DNA of 59,758 nt, counting the filler, from Sluysia triapertura (lineage: Eukaryota): the NCBI GenBank assembly GCA_046118255.1. It is 5 parts of 5 records of this genome, joined end to end, with 100 filler letters (N's around TTAATTAATTAA, not from the genome) between each part and the next. Parts side by side here need not be neighbours in the genome. Positions count along the whole stretch, not along the records: positions 48,636 to 59,758 come from JBJNIA010188554.1; 4 more parts are not named here. One strand, given 5' to 3'. The notes below the pieces were generated by a model. That model did not search any database. It saw only the letters and a list, made by a program, of their open reading frames with translations, and had not been told where the DNA came from. Position numbers and translations under genes: made by a program. Shown piece after piece: positions 54,922 through 59,758 of the stretch (within the stretch, counting starts at the first letter, position 1; each line of letters begins with the position of its first letter).

Positions 54922-56484
54922 CTAAATATATTACAAATGATGCAAAGCAATATTTTTTGTAATACATTTTCATTTTTAAGATTTTTTGTAATAATAATAT
55001 TTCGATTATTAAACAAAATGACTAGAAGCCTATCTAATAATTAATATCCCTTAATAGTATTATATTCGGCCTTTGTATTAGACATTATACTTAGATAGAT
55101 AATTACATTTTCATTATTGAAATATTGGAAAGATCAAACATAAGTTATACTTTAAATAGTAATTTAAATAAAAATTATAATTTTACAAAGTTTTGCACAC
55201 GTCACACACCACATGATTTAACTGTGTGAAAAATAATTTCATATAATTTTTTTAATTGAACAAAAAAAATTATGAAGTTATTTTGATGTATTCAGCACTA
55301 TAACATTTAATTAAAAGAATCAATAAGTGGGCTAAGATTTGATGACTTTTAGTCAATTTTTAAATTTGTCATATAACAATATCATAAAGAATAAAATCTT
55401 TTTATTTACAATATTAATTGTTTGAATGAGATTTATAAATTACAATAAAAATATAATTTCAAATCTGAAAATCTAATAAAATTATAAAAAATATATAAAC
55501 CGTAATAACATTTTAACACGGTAACTAAGTCAGAAACGGATATATTTAATAAAGTATTTTCTTAAGGGCCTAAACCCTTTATTGAAGTGCAAAGTGGGCT
55601 TAAGGTTCTTATTGTTTAATCTTATTATGAATGAACGTTTGAAAATGATTGCTAATAATTTAAAATAATAATTAAAATATATTACAGCACCATTTAAAAT
55701 ATCTGAAATTTGGAAGTCATTTGCAATTCCGATATGGTATCCAACACAAAAAAGAAAAAAAAGTTTTCAATATGATGAAACTCATAACTCAATTATTCTA
55801 TCCGTAAACCATCTTCCATCGCTTTTTTTTTAAAAAAGCTAAAATTCGCATCATCCTTTCCATGAAAATTGATTATGAAACATTCAGATTTGTTACATAA
55901 TTTGACAATTGTTACACATTTGACATTTAATTCAGTAATTTCGCTTGTTTAACTATGACATATCAACATCTTTATTGCATCTATATTTCTACAATATAGA
56001 GGTTTCTTGATATACTTTATTATCAAGAATCAAGATAATAAATATTAAGATTTAAAATGCCTTTGCTTTGAGCATCAAAACTTTCCTTAAAACGTATGAA
56101 TCATTGTTTTTATACTAATTAAACCACCTTTAAATATACTTGTGTAAATAGCTACATCTTATAATCAAACTACGCTTCACTCCAAAAATGATATTCATCA
56201 AAGTCTAAACAGTATCAGATTCAACTTGATCATACAACATAATCTGAAAACAATTTTTAATGTTATAACTCTTTTCCATCATGATGTAACTTGAATTAAT
56301 AAAAGTAAAGCTATGATTTTTTTAAAATGCAATAATAAACTATGCCACGTATTATTAAACAATTAATAAAGAAAATATATCCTAAAATAAAAATAAAAAC
56401 ATAAACTAATAATGATAATAAAATTTATTACAAAAATTAATAAAATAAAAATTAATAATAATAATAATAAAGAAAATAGAAATT

Positions 56485-56558
56485 AATAACGTTCACTGCT
56501 GAGACAAACACAAACTTCTACCTACGAGATAACTCGTAGTTGGCAGCGAACGTGTTAA
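56485..56558. mobile_element. Tiny TIR element with TTAA end (piggyBac-like MITE)
   Basis: acgttcactgc...gcagcgaacgtgttaa inverted ends; subterminal palindrome ctacgag-ataa-ctcgtag. Confidence 0.55.
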
Positions 56559-57174
56559 TAAAAATTGCAAAGATAAATGATAAAATTAATAATAAAAATT
56601 AATTACAATATTCGATTTTAACAATTAATAATGACAATGTAGAAATATTTAATTGAAGTACATAGTAAAATGAAATAGAGTAAGTTCTCATAATTGTGTA
56701 AGTATAAAGAGATGTACAAACGAATGGGAATTAATCGTTTTGTGTGAATATTGGAAAAATGTATTATTGTATTTGGAATGATTAATTGAGGTTTTGATTC
56801 AACATAAACCTTAAAATTAAAAATCTTAAATGTCCTGAAATCAAAATAAATGAAAAAATAAAAACGGAAAGTAAGACTAAATTAATAAAACAAAGAATAA
56901 GTCAAAACAATTAAAATAGAAGTAAAAAAGAAACATCGTTTCAAAAATATGCAACCATCAACCAGAGAATATTAAATTACTGAAAGATCATGAAATACAT
57001 TTCTATTTCAGAAATATTATAGTGAATAATTTATTTTTAGATATTTTGAATACTTATTATACAGCATCTGGTGTTAAATGATTTGAAATTATTATTTTTA
57101 TTGTATGAGTAAATGTTAGATTGAAATTGAAATACGTTGAATTATTAACTTGTTAAGAAAAGAACTTGTTAGAA

Positions 57175-57812
57175 TTATTTTAAAACCTTCATTATATACT
57201 TTTTATTTATAAGATTAAATAAGCAAGAACTTGAAACTTTATTATTAAATATACAACATTTAATTTTTATAATAATTAACATCAAAGTTTGTATAATGTC
57301 TGTATTTTCATGTCGTTGGATATTTTGGTTGTGGAGTCCTAAAAAATAAATAATACGTATAAAACTCATGTTCATTAAAGAATAAAATTATAATTCTTCA
57401 AGTCTTGGATTATGAAATCGATAATAGAAATTGTCTTCATATTGGAAGTTTGAAAATCGTTGAACTTCGAATTGTTGTAGGAATAACTGCATTGCAACGA
57501 GGCCAATAAACTATGTAATCGTTGTCTGTGTTCGTATGCCACTTGTTCATTGCCATATATTTCAGTGACATTTTGGTAAAAACTGAAGGATGTACCGAAT
57601 TTGATGCATATTCCAAAAGCATCTAGTTGATAAGGATATTGTGCCATACGCTCTTCTGGTTTTATACTTGGTATAAAAGCCGATTCTTCCAGTGTTTCAC
57701 ATTGTTTAGTTGGTATTGCTTCAGTTCTAGTCGTTTCTGATTCAGAAAAGTTTTCTAATCGCCTAATTACATTGTATGACACTACAGCGTACACGTCCTC
57801 GTTCTAATACAT
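57175..57812 (-). pseudogene. Family-A ORF copy
   Basis: YPYQLDAFGICIKFG...YEHRQRLHSLLASL versus YQFNSDKNGICIKHG...YHLSRIQNILRSL. In-frame stop after MY at the start; frameshift near 57380 into FFNEHEFYTYY. Confidence 0.7.
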
Positions 57813-59705
57813 CTTCAAAACTTTTAAAAGTTTATTATTTTAGGAGAATAATAATTAACGTATATAATAGAAAATAATAATAAATATGTTCTAAATAAAT
57901 TAGAACAGAGAAAAAATAATAAATAATGTAGGATTTATTATTTTATTACGAAAAAGAGAAATTATTAATTTAAAGAGTATATATAAAGAAACGATCGATT
58001 GTGAGGGTACATTAATATTTGATACTACTTATTCGATTGTGAAGAAGATACATTAATTCGATCGTGAAGATTATGAAGAAAGGACTGATACATCAACCTT
58101 ATTTTCTTTGTAACAATTTTGATTCCAACATATTTATTATTGGGATAATATTTGAATAATTATAACATTGTTAAAATTTTCTAAGTTTAAAGAACATTTA
58201 AATCACGTGTGGTATTTGTAGTTATTTTAAAAACATTTTATTTAACATTAATTCCTTTTGGATTTTATTCTTGTTATATCTGTTAACGTTGATCTGTATT
58301 TAACATCGCATATTAATTTTATCCCCACTGTTTGTCAATATTGTAAATTTTTTAGTTAGTTTTACAATCATCTGTTCTATTATTATTCAGTTGATAATAC
58401 GTATAAATATTTTAGTATATTTTGATTAGTGTGAATAAAATTTTTAAACTAGTTCGTTTTACTTACTAGCTAGACAAGAGGAAGAGAATTCGAATTCTAA
58501 AATCACATACTTAATATTGCACTTACATCTCTTCCATGAGAGACGAGCGAACAGTAACCTCCAGTTATTATTACAAGTATTAGAAAATAGTTATCTTAAA
58601 CTCAAGTTGCAAAGACATAAAGTCTTGAAATCTTAAGAACACAGCTATTTATTCTAACATTTATTATTATTATTATTATTGTGGAAAATTTAAAAGTAAT
58701 AGAATAAAGCGAAAGTTTAACGTGAGTTCACCAACGTACTGGGCTTACCGGTTAGGACCAGCCGTTGGATTTTGTAAATCAAAAAGTCTTAAGTAATGCT
58801 CAAAAGAAATACTGGAAAATCTCAAAACTTAATTATGCTTTTAACTACCTGGAGGTAAGTCAAAGATTTTAGTTAATTTATTAATAATAATGTTAACACG
58901 GTGATTTTTCGTCGATTCCTTGAAATGGAATCTATAAATTTATTTTACGTTGTTAGATATAAACTCTAACTTTTGGAAAGCTTATCTGACGATCAATTTT
59001 ATAGTTGAAACTATATAAATTAAATTATAGGCAAAAAATTAATTATCAATAATTTATTTTCCAAAATCTAAGAACATACAAAAAATGTGGATAAAAATAA
59101 TAGTTTGCACTAATTAACTACTTGAGTTAATAAATAAAATAATTGATTTTGTTAAGGTATTTTACGTTGATCTATGATAAGATCCTAAAAATGGTTAAAA
59201 GATTTTAAGTAATAGTTTACAGACGATACATGAAGGTATCAGACCTTAAAATAATTAAACTAAAGAGATTACAAATAACAACTGATTGTTGCTGAAATCG
59301 TGACGATGTAAATAACTTGCAATTCAAGTCGAAAAATAAGATTTTTAACAAAATTATGGAAATTGTATACAAAAATTGTGAATTGTTTCTAAAATTTTAA
59401 CCTATTTATTAATTTAGAACAATAAATTTCACGTTAATTTAATAAATATTATAATTTTTTAAAAAATAATTAAAACTACTTACATTAATAACAAAAATCC
59501 AGAAATTATTTCATAAAAAATTGTTAATAAAATTCAAACAATTATTTATTATTAATGTTCTAAAAATCATTAAAATAAAATTAATTTTTCAAAATCAATA
59601 TTCAATATAATAATGTTTATTAGTGTTTGTTATTGTTCACATTATTATTCATTATGAATGTGTTCTGATGTATTGATGTGTAAAGCTCGAAGTATCAATG
59701 TGATA

Positions 59706-59758
<53 letters not shown>

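Noticed and set aside
55700-56300. Possible transposase remnant (HGKD, DGRWF on the minus strand)
   Set aside because: Too fragmented to assign.
54283-58090. Inverted pair (54283-54360 and 57995-58090) as TIRs of one element
   Set aside because: A host PIX exon lies between them, so they are more likely independent dispersed copies.

Overview
Very AT-rich eukaryotic (metazoan-type) genomic DNA with GT-AG introns and many (AAT)n tracts. There are six assembly gaps, four carrying an artificial TTAATTAATTAA linker. Host genes that can be supported: (1) a ~4-kb intronless frame (2-3998) that starts before the window and encodes a repeat-rich Ser/Gln/Arg/Glu/Cys protein with a decayed tail; (2) a terminal exon of an unknown gene (8371-9206, -); (3) the last exon of a DEG/ENaC channel (30194-31037, +); (4) a multi-exon PIX/ARHGEF7-type RhoGEF on the minus strand (exons from 54921 down to at least 41681, perhaps 35923). 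The most interesting signal is intergenic/intronic: pieces of an unrecognised virus-like or Polinton-like element family. These are four clear and three weaker pseudogenised, intronless, highly diverged paralogous ORFs ('family A'), three fragments of a second family ('family B'), a decayed protein-primed DNA polymerase B directly behind one family-A copy, a conserved double inverted-repeat element upstream of two copies, and a ~45-bp motif oriented around the ORFs like a terminal inverted repeat. Also present are tRNA-like sequences inside a TG-terminated repeat, gag and Tc1/mariner remnants, and MITEs. All alignments were made by eye; no database search was run.
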